A stretch of 64,000 nt of DNA, counting the filler, from Basidiobolus ranarum (taxonomy: Eukaryota), in the NCBI GenBank assembly GCA_040143965.1. It is 41 parts of 41 records of this genome, joined end to end, with 100 filler letters (N's around TTAATTAATTAA, not from the genome) between each part and the next. Parts side by side here need not be neighbours in the genome. Positions count along the whole stretch, not along the records: positions 25,096 to 26,561 come from JASJQH010005098.1; positions 26,662 to 28,126 come from JASJQH010005099.1; positions 28,227 to 29,691 come from JASJQH010005100.1; positions 29,792 to 31,255 come from JASJQH010005101.1; positions 31,356 to 32,819 come from JASJQH010005102.1; positions 32,920 to 34,383 come from JASJQH010005103.1; positions 34,484 to 35,946 come from JASJQH010005104.1; positions 36,047 to 37,509 come from JASJQH010005105.1; 33 more parts are not named here. One strand, 5' to 3'. The notes beneath the pieces are model-generated. The model had not been told where the DNA came from and did no database searches. It saw only the letters and a list, made by a program, of their open reading frames with translations. The position numbers were made by a program, and so were the translations under genes. Below are positions 25,096-37,609 of this stretch, in pieces. The first letter of the stretch is position 1. Every line of letters starts with the position of its first letter.

Positions 25096-26561
25096 TAATT
25101 CAATTAGATTGATTATAGCAATTTCAGCTAAATATATGTTTAATAAACATCAAATGGATGTTAAAGCTGCTTTTTAGAATGATAAGCTTGCTGAGAAGAT
25201 CTATATGTACCAGCCAGATGGATTTGTGGACCCAGAAAACCCTAAAAAAGTTTGCAGACTCCGGAAAACACTCTATAGCTTAAAACAATCTCCAAGAGCT
25301 TGGAAGAGCAAGATAGACTCTTTTTTGGAAACACTCAAATTCCAAAAGAGTAATGCTGACTATAGTATCTACCTCAGGCCAGATATGACAAGCCCAGTTT
25401 TATTAGCCTTATATGTAGATGACCTTGTTGTAGCAACCAATGGACTTGTTCTTGGTGATAGTGCCAGATTGTGCTGTATATATCATATTGGATAAAGTAT
25501 TCTAAAATTTATGCGGCACAATTTGGTACTATCCATCACCCTCTGGCATGATCAATTTCAATCACATTTACTCTAATATATTGATCCAAGGTCTGATAAA
25601 TCCTGGCACAATGGAACAAGTCCAATGACTTGAAGACTTTGTAGAAAACCAAAGCCATCTTATCTTCAAAATAACTAATCTAGGTGAACTGACTTACTAT
25701 CTTGGAATCTAAATTAAGATGGATAGAACTACCAAGACAATAACTTTAAACCAGTCTAAGTATATCCTGGATATACTAAAGAAGTTTAAAATGGAAGAAT
25801 GTAATCCAGTATCTACCCCAATGGGGACAAATCTTAACTTGCCCAAAAATGGCTCAAATCAGATGTTTTTGGATTCAAATGAAAGCCAGAAATTTCCTTA
25901 TCCATCTATGGTTGGTAGTTTGATATATATCATGGTTGGAACATGGCCAGATATTGATATTCTGTGGGAGTTATGTGCCAATATCTTCAAGATTATGGAT
26001 CTGATCAAATCACAGCAGTTAAGTGGATTTTCAGATATTTGAAAGGTACTGTGGATCTACACTTAAAATACACATATCATGGATCAAACATTGATCTGAT
26101 GGGATATTCAGATGCAAGTTGTGGAAGAGATATTGAAGACAGGAGATCTACAACAGGATACTGATTTCTTTGCTGTAATGGAGCTATTTCTTGGAATTCA
26201 ACAAAACAACCTACTGTAGCACTTTCAACAACAGAAGCTGAGCTCATGGCTGCCTGTGAAGCAACAAAAGAAGCAATATGGTTAAGAAAACTCTTAACAG
26301 ATTTGGGTTATTCTCAAAATTCACCAATTACAATATTTCAAGATAATCAAAGTTGTATCAAATTAGCTAAAAATCCCATGTTTCATAATAGAAGCAAACA
26401 TATAGATATTTAGCATCACTTCATTGGAGACACTATAGAGAATAAGTTTACTAACTTAACTTATTGTTCTACAGAAGACATGATTGCTGATACATTAACC
26501 AAACCATCAGCTAGACAGAAATATGAGAAATTTAGACCTTTGTTAGGATTAGTTTATATGA
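25096..26561 (+). mobile_element. Decayed copia RT-RNaseH
   Basis: QMDVKAAF, LYSLKQSPRAW, LYVDDL, DRRSTTGY and EAELMA motifs. Confidence 0.95.
25442..25623. mobile_element. 182-bp MITE, TIR GGACTTGTTC, 3-bp TSD AAT
   Basis: AAT-GGACTTGTTC...GAACAAGTCC-AAT. The empty site is visible at 60301-60320. A second copy lies at 43314-43477. Confidence 0.9.
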
Positions 26562-26661
26562 NNNNNNNNNNNNNNNNNNNNNNNNNNNNNNNNNNNNNNN
26601 NNNNNTTAATTAATTAANNNNNNNNNNNNNNNNNNNNNNNNNNNNNNNNNNNNNNNNNNNN

Positions 26662-26894
26662 GATCAACGCTTGTCAAGAAACCAGAGCTACTGCTAACGA
26701 GCTCAACACTTGTTATCGTACTGCCGCCATTACCAATGCCATTCGTAAGATTGCCATTGTCCAAGAAGGCTCCGGTAGTTTGTTCACTAACCGCGGTTAG
26801 AAATGTATCCTCGATGTTCGTTTCCTTTGATAATACCAACACACGCCATATGTATGTATAAACGTCACTACCATCATTTGTAGAAAATAAAAAC
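26662..26894 (-). CDS. Possible exon of an unknown gene divergent from GDH
   Basis: Open frame from a TAG acceptor near 26895 to the contig edge (FLFSTNDG...SSSGFLTSVD), CpG-normal. No recognised motif. Confidence 0.3.
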
Positions 26895-27800
26895 CTAATC
26901 CACGGCGAAAGTGGTTAAACAATGAACCTTTGGTTCTCGAGTGTTTCCATATTTGTAGTATTCCGACAAATGTATCATTACCTTTTACATTCTTTGTGAT
27001 ATAAAAGTTTAGAAATTAGCCAAAGTGATTGGAGTTTAAGCAGCGTTTCCGTCACTAATTGGATCTTTGTGGTATAATTTCCGGTTATTTATTAATGGGT
27101 TCATCGTGTTTCTGGCCCTTTTCGCAGAGGTTCTAGTTTTGATTTCGTAAGAATTCAAAATGAGAATCTGATCTTCAAGTTATTTTACATCAGCAACTGG
27201 CAATAAAGTAGTTATGATGTACATTTTTGGATTCATAGTATAGGAACTGTATTGTCGTTTTAGGATACCACTCTTATTGAAACACAGAATTCGAACTTGA
27301 ATTCTGTCAAAATTGCAATAGGAGTCAGGTATTTAATTATCAACTAGTTTTAACCTGATGGGTTCTGTAGAGGTATTCACAAGGGAGTCTGTGTTCGGGA
27401 TTTGAAATGACCCTAGTGGTATGAATTGGTTCTGAGGCGTGATGTAGCCTCGTGGATTCTAGATGTTAGCGTGACCCTCAAAACTACTGATTGGTGATAA
27501 AATCCTATCAATATGAGACATATTTTTGAAGCCATTTATATAGTTTTAAATCTAAAAGTCAATATATGGATTATAGGCTAATTTTTGACCAAGTATTGGA
27601 TACAAATTTGGATAATCCCATGATAAAGATAAATTTGTTTGAGACCTATCAAATCTACAAATGTGATGTCGCACGTAAGATTTCACCCCCAACAATGGTG
27701 GCATGATATTCCAGAGTGAAGTGGCTTGGTCCAAGTCACTTAAATACCCTATGTCTCACCCCTTCTGATAGATAGTTCTTTCTTGCCTCAGATTAATATT

Positions 27801-28126
27801 ATGGCTTTTGCTCTCCTTGCCAAAAATTCTACTGCTAGGTAATATAAACGCTAGATAATCTGTTGAATTCATGATCCGCATAAACTAACCTTTGGATTAA
27901 TCTATTTTTTAGCCTTCGTAGAGTCGCTGCCCCTCTTGGCTTCCGTTCTCTTCCTGCTTTGAGACAATACAGCACTGTCAATGCTGCTTGCGAGGACTCT
28001 GAGCCTAACTTCTTACAATGCGTCGAACAATTCTTCGATAAAGCCGCCAATGTAAGTGGTGTCAGCAGCAACACCCTCGCTGCCATCAAGCGTGTCGATG
28101 CTATCCTCAGTGTTAGCTTCCCCATC
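27801..28126 (+). CDS. Mitochondrial (GLUD-type) glutamate dehydrogenase, N-terminus; intron 27839-27912
   Basis: Spliced MAFALLAKNSTASLRRVAAPLGFRSLPALRQYST is presequence-like, followed by EPNFLQCVEQFFDKAA...IKRVDAILSVSFPI. GT-AG intron with CTAAC. Confidence 0.85.
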
Positions 28127-28226
28127 NNNNNNNNNNNNNNNNNNNNNNNNNNNNNNNNNNNNNNNNNNNNTTAATTAATTAANNNNNNNNNNNNNNNNNN
28201 NNNNNNNNNNNNNNNNNNNNNNNNNN

Positions 28227-29080
28227 TTCATGAATACTCTGGTACTCCCAATGCACAAAAGTTTGAAGGCTACAGTGCTGCAAACTAGGGAGGAAACCTT
28301 GATGACAGAAGATCTATAACTTGAAACACTCTTCTCAATGGTAGTGTAGCCATAACTTCAAATAGTAAGAAACAACAAACCATAGCACTTTCCACTTTAG
28401 AAGCAGAGTATATTGCTGCCTTTGCTACTACATGAGAAGCCATGTGTTTAAGGAAGCTATTTACAGACTTAGAATAACTGTAAAAACATGCTACGACTGT
28501 ATTTGAAGATAATCAAAATTGTATTGCATTAGCAAAAAACCCTATTTTTCATATTAGAACAAACATATAGATAGTAGGCATCATTTTGTTAGAGAAGCAA
28601 TAGAGAATAATGTCCATGAGCTTGTCTATTGTCCTATTAAAGAAATGACTGCTGACATATTGGTCAAATCTTTAACTAAAGAACAATGTGATTATTAAGA
28701 TATAAGTTAGGTTTAAAAGAAATGCAAAATAATTAGTTGAGTGTGAATGTTGAAATTGGGTAATTAGAAACTCATTATTTGGTAGTTAGCTTGCTCATAT
28801 TCTGATTATTCAGCACTTATTTCTGCTATTCAAAATATATGTTTATAGTTCTAATTGAATGAAGTTAGATCAATTTAACCAATTTTCACTGTTTCTCAAA
28901 ACTTCCAAATCATTTCAAATTTTCACCCATGCTTAACAGGCATGTTGGTTATGATCTAATCATCTCCAATAGTCTTATCTCATAGTAAACTTTGAATAGA
29001 ACATATTCAATTTAATGAAGCTTAAGTGTCACATTCAAAAATTTAAATCTTGTACAAAACACTTCCAAATCCTCTTAATA
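28227..29080 (+). mobile_element. Decayed copia RNaseH and LTR family E (from 28748)
   Basis: SKKQQTIALSTLEAEYIA and KHIDSRHHFVRE motifs. The LTR resembles 8505 onward. Confidence 0.85.
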
Positions 29081-29791
29081 CTTTTAGTAGAAATTTGGTA
29101 AATGTTTCCTCCTTGATATATCTATCAATTAGAGCAACAAATACATATTTTGGAATGGCAGAGCTGAGTGCAAAATAACCAGTATATGACAGACAAACTA
29201 CTAAGTTATGACACTCTTTGTTTTGATATATATACAATCTCAAATGGTCCATAATTTTGTAGCAATCTTGTAGGGGTTCAGTTCTTGATATAAACTGCAG
29301 TAGAGGGAGATTAGGCCCATTATTTATAACTTTGATCATGTAACATTGACCTTGCTAGCTCCACTACGGTCCTGTTTGCATGTTCACCAACTCCATTTTG
29401 CTGTGGGGGTAAAGGGTACAGTTGTTTGTTGCTTAATCCATCTTTAGAACAAAAAATTGCAAAGTCTTTAGGGCAGTTTTTTCCACCACTTTCACTCCTT
29501 GGTACCTTTATTTTTTGTGCTGATTTTTCTCTATCATTGCTTTGCAGTGCTGAAACATAATTAAGGCTTCAGATTTTGATTTGAGCCAGTGTGCTCAAGT
29601 ATTACTTGTTTTGTCATCACTAAAGTTCATAAGACTCATTCCATTGGACCAGGTCAGATCGTGCTGCTCAATCCAGCCTGCTAGTACACCANNNNNNNNN
29701 NNNNNNNNNNNNNNNNNNNNNNNNNNNNNNNNNNNTTAATTAATTAANNNNNNNNNNNNNNNNNNNNNNNNNNNNNNNNNNNNNNNNNNNN

Positions 29792-31255
29792 TGATAAATG
29801 TAATTCAATGGGTTAAGGAGACTCCAGAGTATATGAAGCTGCCAACAAAGGGCTCTTTTCAATGTACTCACAGGTTTTGCATTGTTTCAGCACAATAACA
29901 GCTACAAAGCCCCATTCATGTACACAGAGTAAGTTCTCCTATAATGGGACTAATTTGCTTGTATGATAATCTGATGGTATTTTTAGGAAAGCTGCAAGAC
30001 AGACTTCTTGGTGAGATAGATCAAGATATGAAGTATTATTGCTTTAGCCATGGGGTAATCTATTCAAGCAATGACACATCTACTTCTGGCAGGACATTTG
30101 TTGACTGCAAGTCAGGGATATATTGGCTGAATTATTTATGAAAATTTGCCAAAATCCTAGAGCTTATTCTCATTGTGAATGGCAACAAGAGTCAGCTATT
30201 TGCGAAGTGTCAGTGCTATTCAAAATTTCAGATGTTGAGCAATTTTTCCACCTTCAGTTTGCTTGTAAAGCATATTGATGATGTTTAGTTATGTCTAATC
30301 AGTCAAGTATATGTATATGTAGAGACTAAACACAATAAGATTCTTGTATTTTTTGATTCTCATTATGGCTGGAATACAAAGCCTAAAATATATATATAAA
30401 GGCATGCATATTAATTTGAATTTCTTCAGCAGTAAACCCAGTTATTTGCCATTGAAAATTATATTTCTGCAAAAATTACTGGATATTGAATAACACATGC
30501 CAATTTTGAGGATCAATATTTTAACATGTATGAATACTTTCAAGTTACTGTCAAGAAACCACCATCACACCATCAAAATCCCTGGCAAAATGCAGGCCAC
30601 AAATATTGTGACAGTTCTCTGACCATTTTCCTCTTTCCAAGGATGGATCTGATCCGGATCAAATCAATTTTATTTTTGTTAGGGTGAATGTTTGTATTGA
30701 GTATTGTAGAAAAAAGAACACCTCCCATATAAGGGTGGCATTTTAGGTATAGCCCATGAATATCAATAGCTGATTTTGAGACAGTGTCACATATGAGGCA
30801 TCAGGGGATTTACAAGATATATCCAGTAATGGATGGCAATTTTGGTTTATTATGAGCTGTTTCTAAGCAATTTCATTACACCAAGTTTAACAATTGAAAA
30901 TTTCAATGACATTCAAAAAGCATTCAAAATCTAAGTCAAAATTGGCTTCCAAGCCAAAGCCTGCTGTCACAAAAGGAAAAAAACCAGCAATAACTGAGGA
31001 CTTAATTGATGAGCAGTCTAGCAATACACTATCCACTTTTGAAGGCATTAACATGCCAGAAATTAACTCAAGTATTGATGAAGCATTAATAAATTTACCA
31101 GGTGTGTTCCTTTTCATCAATAGCGCCAGTGAAGAGATCGTAATCCCCCAATTATATAGTAAATCAATAGTTGAGCAAAGTTAAACCAAAACACCATCAA
31201 GACCATCAACTTCCAAAATGGCTACTTTGCCCACTCCTGAACAACCCTCAGTAGA
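29792..31255 (+). mobile_element. CACTA-like end A (to 30684) abutting the ORF2 5' region of another copy
   Basis: TTAGGG terminus at 30684, then sequence matching 22560-23120. Confidence 0.8.
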
Positions 31256-31355
31256 NNNNNNNNNNNNNNNNNNNNNNNNNNNNNNNNNNNNNNNNNNNNT
31301 TAATTAATTAANNNNNNNNNNNNNNNNNNNNNNNNNNNNNNNNNNNNNNNNNNNN

Positions 31356-31577
31356 CCCTATTCAGTATATTATGTTTCACCTTGCAATATCTATATAAGC
31401 CCCATGTATTCCTTGATCAGACCTCAGTCTGATCAACACCAGTTATCAATAAAGATTCTTGCCAAATTATCTTCCTTGTTCTGTCTTGTCTTGTCTTGTA
31501 GTCTACACCCAAGTACTCTCCTGCTTGCTAGCCTCTTGTTGTTGTTTCCAGTCCTTGCCCAGTTCCTTATGGTGACA
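31356..31577 (+). repeat. Gypsy LTR A, 3' end
   Basis: Ends GTGACA and matches the reverse complement of 1713-1935. Confidence 0.85.
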
Positions 31578-32540
31578 CTCACAGTGTCTTAAGTCTAGAG
31601 CTCTCAATGAATATCTTTGCATATGATTGTATTGAGAATTAATCAAGATTTTAACTATTTTGCCTAACTTTGATTGAGGCCCACAACAAGATTTCCCTCT
31701 CTACTTTCCTGCTACAATGCTATATCTCTTTAAGAAACTAAAGCTATGTTCCACTCTTGCTCTAAACTGGGAAAAAATATCATTATAAAGCTTTTGCATC
31801 TCTGGGAGTATCCCACCTCTGGACCTCTTGTTAGCTGTGATACATCCTAGCCTTCTGCATTCTTCCCCAACATATCCCAAAGCAGCAATAGTCTTCTCAT
31901 ATCTTACAAATGTGTATGCCTCTCTATACAAATCCTTTTGTCATGGTGTTGCACTTGATGTGGCCTACTAAAACCAATGATGTTTCCTTGTCAATCTGTC
32001 AAAGCCTGGAATTTTACCCAGTGAGCATTGTACTTGCCAGAATAGAGTAGCTTTTGGTTGCTTTTGGGCTTGTTGATTCTCACAGGAAATGCATCAAGAA
32101 TACTTCTGAACAGCAAGTGGTGTCTGTGAATCTTTTGTCCTAGTCACCTTCAACATATTGAATCACTGAAGCTAGGAAATTCTTACTTACTTGATGCCTG
32201 GTATGGAAGCTTCTCTCACTTTTACTACCATTAGTAGTGCACTGAAATCTGATCAAACAATAGTTTTTGTAGTAACAAAACACATTGACTAGATGCTTTC
32301 TGGTAGGTATTGGAGTATATGAGCCACAGTATTTCTCAAATGTAGCTTTTAGGAAGGTGATAGGAAAGCCAGTAGCTGCTTTTGGATTAATGAGGAATGA
32401 CCATTTAGAGTAGATGGAGAGCATGATACTTATCTTGTATTGAGCAGGCACAATACTGATTGATCCAGCACAAATGAGTTGTTTATCTAAGAATTTCAAC
32501 GAACATGGTAAAATTCCCTACATTCTATATAATAAAATGT
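31578..32540 (-). mobile_element. DDE_Tnp_4 (PIF/Harbinger-ISL2EU-type) transposase pseudogene
   Basis: ILDAFPVRINKP...YSGKYNAHWVKFQ, ALGYVG and YNDIFSQFRARVEHSFSFLKRY motifs. Confidence 0.8.
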
Positions 32541-32548
32541 GGGTTTAC

Positions 32549-32819
32549 TGTTGAAATTAGCATTGCCTTAAGCACCTATATAGTCATATATAGCTTATTA
32601 CTTAGTTATCTTATAACTCACTAAGATATTATCAATTATTCTCAATTGGAATTTACTTAGAATATTTTTACTAACTTAGAAGTTCTCAGATATATAGATT
32701 TTTCAAACTTGTGCTAGAAGCCCCAAACTTTGCACACATGTTCCTGGGACCTTCCTTAACAGATTCTACACGTTAGTTTGTTGACATCTTGACAAACCTA
32801 TAAATGTCAACGTTATACT
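32549..32819 (+). repeat. Copia LTR family C (partial)
   Basis: TGTTGAAATTAGCATTGCC start, as at 17321. Confidence 0.85.
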
Positions 32820-32919
32820 NNNNNNNNNNNNNNNNNNNNNNNNNNNNNNNNNNNNNNNNNNNNTTAATTAATTAANNNNNNNNNNNNNNNNNNNNNNNNN
32901 NNNNNNNNNNNNNNNNNNN

Positions 32920-34383
32920 ACACTGCAAAGCACCCTCAGTAGCATCACACTACAAGGATGTACTAAAATAGTCAAAGTCCTTGAGGAGTATTTTCAAAGT
33001 ATGAAGGGAAAAATGCAGTGCAAGTATGCACAAAGTGGCTTCAGAAGAAGAACATTCATCTTGACATTCAGTCTGGTGTTGACTGTGCAGATATCTGGAA
33101 AGAACTTAATACAGAGTGGTACAATATTGCAGGGTATCTGCCAGATAGCTGGAAGAATGTTGATTCAGCAACGATAATACAATGGTGGGCTTTGATGGAG
33201 ATATTGAAACAAACTTGTGTTGGGTATGAGCTCAACATTGGGTATGAAGAACTCTATAAAAATATTCAGGAGAATATATCAAAGAGACTTGGGATTTCAA
33301 AGGTGACAAATTAGCATTCAAGTGGTAATTGTGTAAAATTTGAGTTATGTTTTTTCCACATGTGTTGATCCATAGTTCTCTGAGATTTTAGCCAATCATT
33401 TGCAACTATTATGTGAGATCTTAAAATTTCACTCCTGAAACTGAAAAAATTGATTAATATCAAATCTAACTTGATGATTTTATGATGGTAAGTAAATGGT
33501 CAATCACAAAGGATTAAAATTGTGAAGGTTTTCCTACAATAATTATCCTCAAATTTCTGCTAGGGTTAAGCCTAGACAACAACCCAAAATGGCTTGGGCA
33601 TATGAGAGTAGAAAACCCATAGGAAAACCAGCATATCAAAAGACTCTGAATGTCAGAGCTGCCATCACTTGCTCTAATAATCAGTGGTTTAACATCTTGG
33701 AAACTGAGTAGAATCTTGCCAAAATCATCTGGATCTGATCAAACTGTGGAAAAATAAAAAACCAGGCACCACTAGGAAGATTCTTGACTTGTTTCATGTG
33801 GCTTATCCTAGGTTTTTGTAAGCAATTGGCAATTGGGCAAGTATAAGGCTATTCATGAAACATCTCAAAAATGTACACAATTATGGACTTGCAAAAGAAA
33901 GAAAAGCAACCAAAGAAGTACTCAAGGAGCAGGAAGTTAGTAAACCCAAGGGAAAAGCAAAGGAGCCAGTGAGTTAAGGCTTTACTGTCCCACTTATCAA
34001 TTTCCTCACACCATTGCAAAGATCTGCATTTCCAGAGTCAGATATATTGGCAAAAAAGCTTAACTTCACCATGGAGCCAGGAACACCAGTTGGAAGAGTG
34101 CTAAATTTGGAAGTTTGTCCAACACCTGGCACCTCTTAACAAGCCAAAACACCAGCAAATAAAACTCATGACTCTCTAATCTCAACTGGTACTATTCAAA
34201 GTGTTGAATTTGGCCCCAAACCTAAAGGTAAGCAAAAAGCCACACAAACACCACAAAGCACCCTCAGTAGTGTCACAGTACAAGGACATATAAAAATAGT
34301 CAAAGTGCAAGAGGAGTATTTTCAAAAGTATGAAGGGAAAAACATGGTGCAAGTATGCAGAAAGTGGCTCCAGATGAAGAACA
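32920..34383 (+). mobile_element. CACTA-like ORF2 3' end and end B (to 33565) nested in ORF2 of another copy
   Basis: After CTAGGG (33565) the sequence resumes as ORF2, matching 12165 onward and then 6281-6815. Confidence 0.8.
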
Positions 34384-34483
34384 NNNNNNNNNNNNNNNNN
34401 NNNNNNNNNNNNNNNNNNNNNNNNNNNTTAATTAATTAANNNNNNNNNNNNNNNNNNNNNNNNNNNNNNNNNNNNNNNNNNNN

Positions 34484-35946
34484 AACCCCAGTATTAGTTT
34501 TCTGTATTTCCACCAAAAACTATGAATGCTTTATTTCTAGACAATAAACAATTATCTCACAAAGCTATTCACAACTCCACTTTTGTAAAGTTCCTCCAAA
34601 CAGCCCATATTTTCCCAAAAAGAACTCTATCATAAGCTGCCTCTAATATACAAAGTCTACCCCCCCATTATGTCAAGATTCTCCAACATGGTAGCAGTGA
34701 CTGAATTAGAGTTTTCTTCCCAAAAGGAGATTACTAATATTACAACATTCAATGGGGAAGATATCCATGTATGGAAAATCAAGATGCAACTTGTGCTAGA
34801 AGGAAAACATGTCTAGGAAGTAGTTCAACCAGATGAAAAAGAAGAAACTTCTGAAGATGAAAGTACACATTCTGAAACTAAAACAAAGAAGCTAGGGCAA
34901 CTTTCAAAGAAAAAGACAGATTGGCATTTAGGGAAATGTGTCTAAGACTGGGATCACAACAGCCTATGCTAATCAGCAATGCTGACTCTACCAACAATGC
35001 ATGGGAAATCCTAATGGAACATCATGAGCAAAAATAGCTTGCCCACTTGATGATGGTATGAAGAAAACTATGAAACACTTGTATGTCTGAGGATTCAGAT
35101 ATTATGACATTTGTGAGTGGTGTCAAGAAACCAGCCCAACAACAACAATCAGTAAATTATCAAGTATCTGAAATGGATTTAATTCTTACCATAATTAATG
35201 GTCTCCCTGAATCATTTTCAGCCCTAGTACTTACTTTGTAAGCAATTGGGGATAAGCTTACTTAGTACTATTGGATCACTAGTCTAGGTCAAAAAGAATT
35301 TTAAAGGAAAGACAAAAGTCAGCTTGCAGGTGAAACAGAAACTATTTAAGCATTTTATTCTCAAATTAGCTGACTTGAAAGGAGCACTATGAAATGTTAC
35401 AAATGTGGAAAACTGGGATATATAGCATGTTATTGCAAATCAAAGAAGAAATGGGTTTCAAAGAAAAAGGAAGCATGTAACACCACTAAAAGTGGAAATG
35501 AGCACTATATACTTATGGCCACCTCTAAGTCAGGAAATGACTGTGCTGATATATGAACTCTGGATTCAGGTGCAAGTGATCATATGTGTCACAATAGAAA
35601 CATAATGCATGACTACAAGGAAATAGAACCTCTGGACATTGTCATCATTCTGTCATGATTCTGATCTCAGCATACTGATCCACTACAAACAGAACTCCTC
35701 TATTATTAGATTATGATATGATATCTGCTGTGCCATCCCTTCTTGGCAATCTGGTGTCAGTTCATCCAGATTACCTTATATGGAAGTCATGTTCTTTGGA
35801 ATGTTCCATGAAACCTAACCAATCATGTCATCCCTCACATAGTGTATTTCCACCAAGACCTTCCATGGAAGGTCACCTGATCATCCTTACATCATCCTTA
35901 CATCATCCCTCTTTGTATTGGTCCTTGCAGTCCCCAACACCCCAAC
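34484..35946 (+). mobile_element. Nested LTRs (B, D end), PBS TGGTAGCAG (34689-34697), decayed copia gag/protease, gypsy LTR A from 35651
   Basis: CCAACA-TGGTAGCAG junction, WKIKMQLVLE, decayed zinc knuckle CYKCGKLG, and LDSGASDHM. Confidence 0.85.
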
Positions 35947-37319
35947 NNNNNNNNNNNNNNNNNNNNNNNNNNNNNNNNNNNNNNNNNNNNTTAATTAATT
36001 AANNNNNNNNNNNNNNNNNNNNNNNNNNNNNNNNNNNNNNNNNNNNGACTGTTGATTCTCATAATTTATTGATAGTAGAGTAGAATTGTTGTGTGTAGAT
36101 ATGGCATGCTGATCTCCGGTTTATATACAGGTTAGATTTGCGTCTAAGGTCTTAATATAGATAGTAGGGCGTATGTAGCTGAGTTTAGCTTCTCTGTAAG
36201 GGGAATAAAGTGTCACTGGCTTGAATTTGTATTCCAAAGCATAGTTCTAATGAGGAGAATTCAATCCAATCAGGAGATTAATACTACCAAATTGGTAAAT
36301 AAAATCGATCTAAACTCTAAATTGTTGAGTCATTCGCACTCCGTTCAATGAATAGATGCAACAAGTTGTTGACCTTTTCCAGTGGCCATGTATATCTAAG
36401 CCAACTTAGATGTGGTAATTCTTATTCTCAGTTCTATATTCAGAAATTTGAATAATACTTGAACAGCTTCCTGTAAAGTCGGGTCATTATTCCAAATGAA
36501 ATTTATAATATTCATTGATGTTACTACGTTCAAAGCAGAAAAACAAGAGTAATAGATGAATTCTGATTCTATCAACCCAAGTTTGATGAAAGAAAGCGGG
36601 AGTTTGAAGTTAGCCATATTGGATGACATCCGCATAGACTGGGTGTAGACTAAAAAATAGCAACTACTGTATATATTCCGTGATGCATGTCAGTAACTAA
36701 ACTGAAGTTGGTAATATAATGCTCCACCAAATTGATTTATTGTGAATGTTATTGCCTCTATTATATGTATTGCTTCTACACGCAAATCTTATGTTCTTCG
36801 TGGGGTAGGTTCTAGGCTTCATAGTGATAGATAATCTATTAAATGCATCTACTAATCCACATCAATAGTTAGTGAGCCATCAGATATAATATTAGAAGAA
36901 AATGAGCACTTGAACAGCTGACACGCTCCCAATCGCAATTCCAGACACTTAGATAACCTAAATTCTAAGCCTTGTTTGGTAATCAGTCGCTAGGTCTGGA
37001 GGAAACACTACAGGCTACATCAGAGTCATTAGTATTCTATTCGTTTGTTCTCGTTCTAATTTGAGATTAAATATTTCTGCTCGTGAAATTATGCTTTAAG
37101 TATCCTCTTCACATAGGAGTATATAATACTCTATATCATATTTACTGATTTACTGATTTGTTGATTATTGTGTACTTACCTCCGGGAAAAACATTCTTTC
37201 TATATAACGGGTTTACACAACAGTGTATTGTATATATCATATTGGAATTTGAAAAGTATACAGTTGATTTATTACAGTTATTGAGAATTTATGAATGATG
37301 TGAGGTTGAATATGATATC

Positions 37320-37508
37320 TTAAATACTGTCGGTGAATTCTCCCTTCTCATCACTACCATCATTGTTTGTCTCCTTGACATCACGTGCGACAAAGTAAGT
37401 GAAAGGAAGTGAAATGGTGAAGAGACCCCAGTTGATGATGAGTTGGGTGAGGAAGGCCGTCTCAACAGCATCGATTCTCCAGGCAATAGCTGCTCCGGCT
37501 GATTGAAT
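37320..37508 (-). CDS. C-terminus of a UNC93-like MFS membrane protein; absent from the ORF track
   Basis: IQSAGAAIAWRIDAVETAFLTQLIINWGLFTISLPFTYFVA...* matches the fungal UNC93-like QSAGAA..W.ID signature, followed by a TM helix. Confidence 0.75.
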   Translation of the reverse strand: MQSAGAAIAWRIDAVETAFLTQLIINWGLFTISLPFTYFVARDVKETNNDGSDEKGEFTDSI

Positions 37509-37609
37509 ANNNNNNNNNNNNNNNNNNNNNNNNNNNNNNNNNNNNNNNNNNNNTTAATTAATTAANNNNNNNNNNNNNNNNNNNNNNNNNNNNNNNNNNN
37601 NNNNNNNNN

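Noticed and set aside
25096-26561. Frequent in-frame stops as a sign of an alternative genetic code
   Set aside because: The stops are confined to decayed transposons, come with frameshifts, and are absent from host exons.
31580-31586. CACAGTG (RSS/Transib-like heptamer) near the DDE_Tnp_4 3' end
   Set aside because: No nonamer, no matching opposite terminus, and the transposase is not Transib-like.
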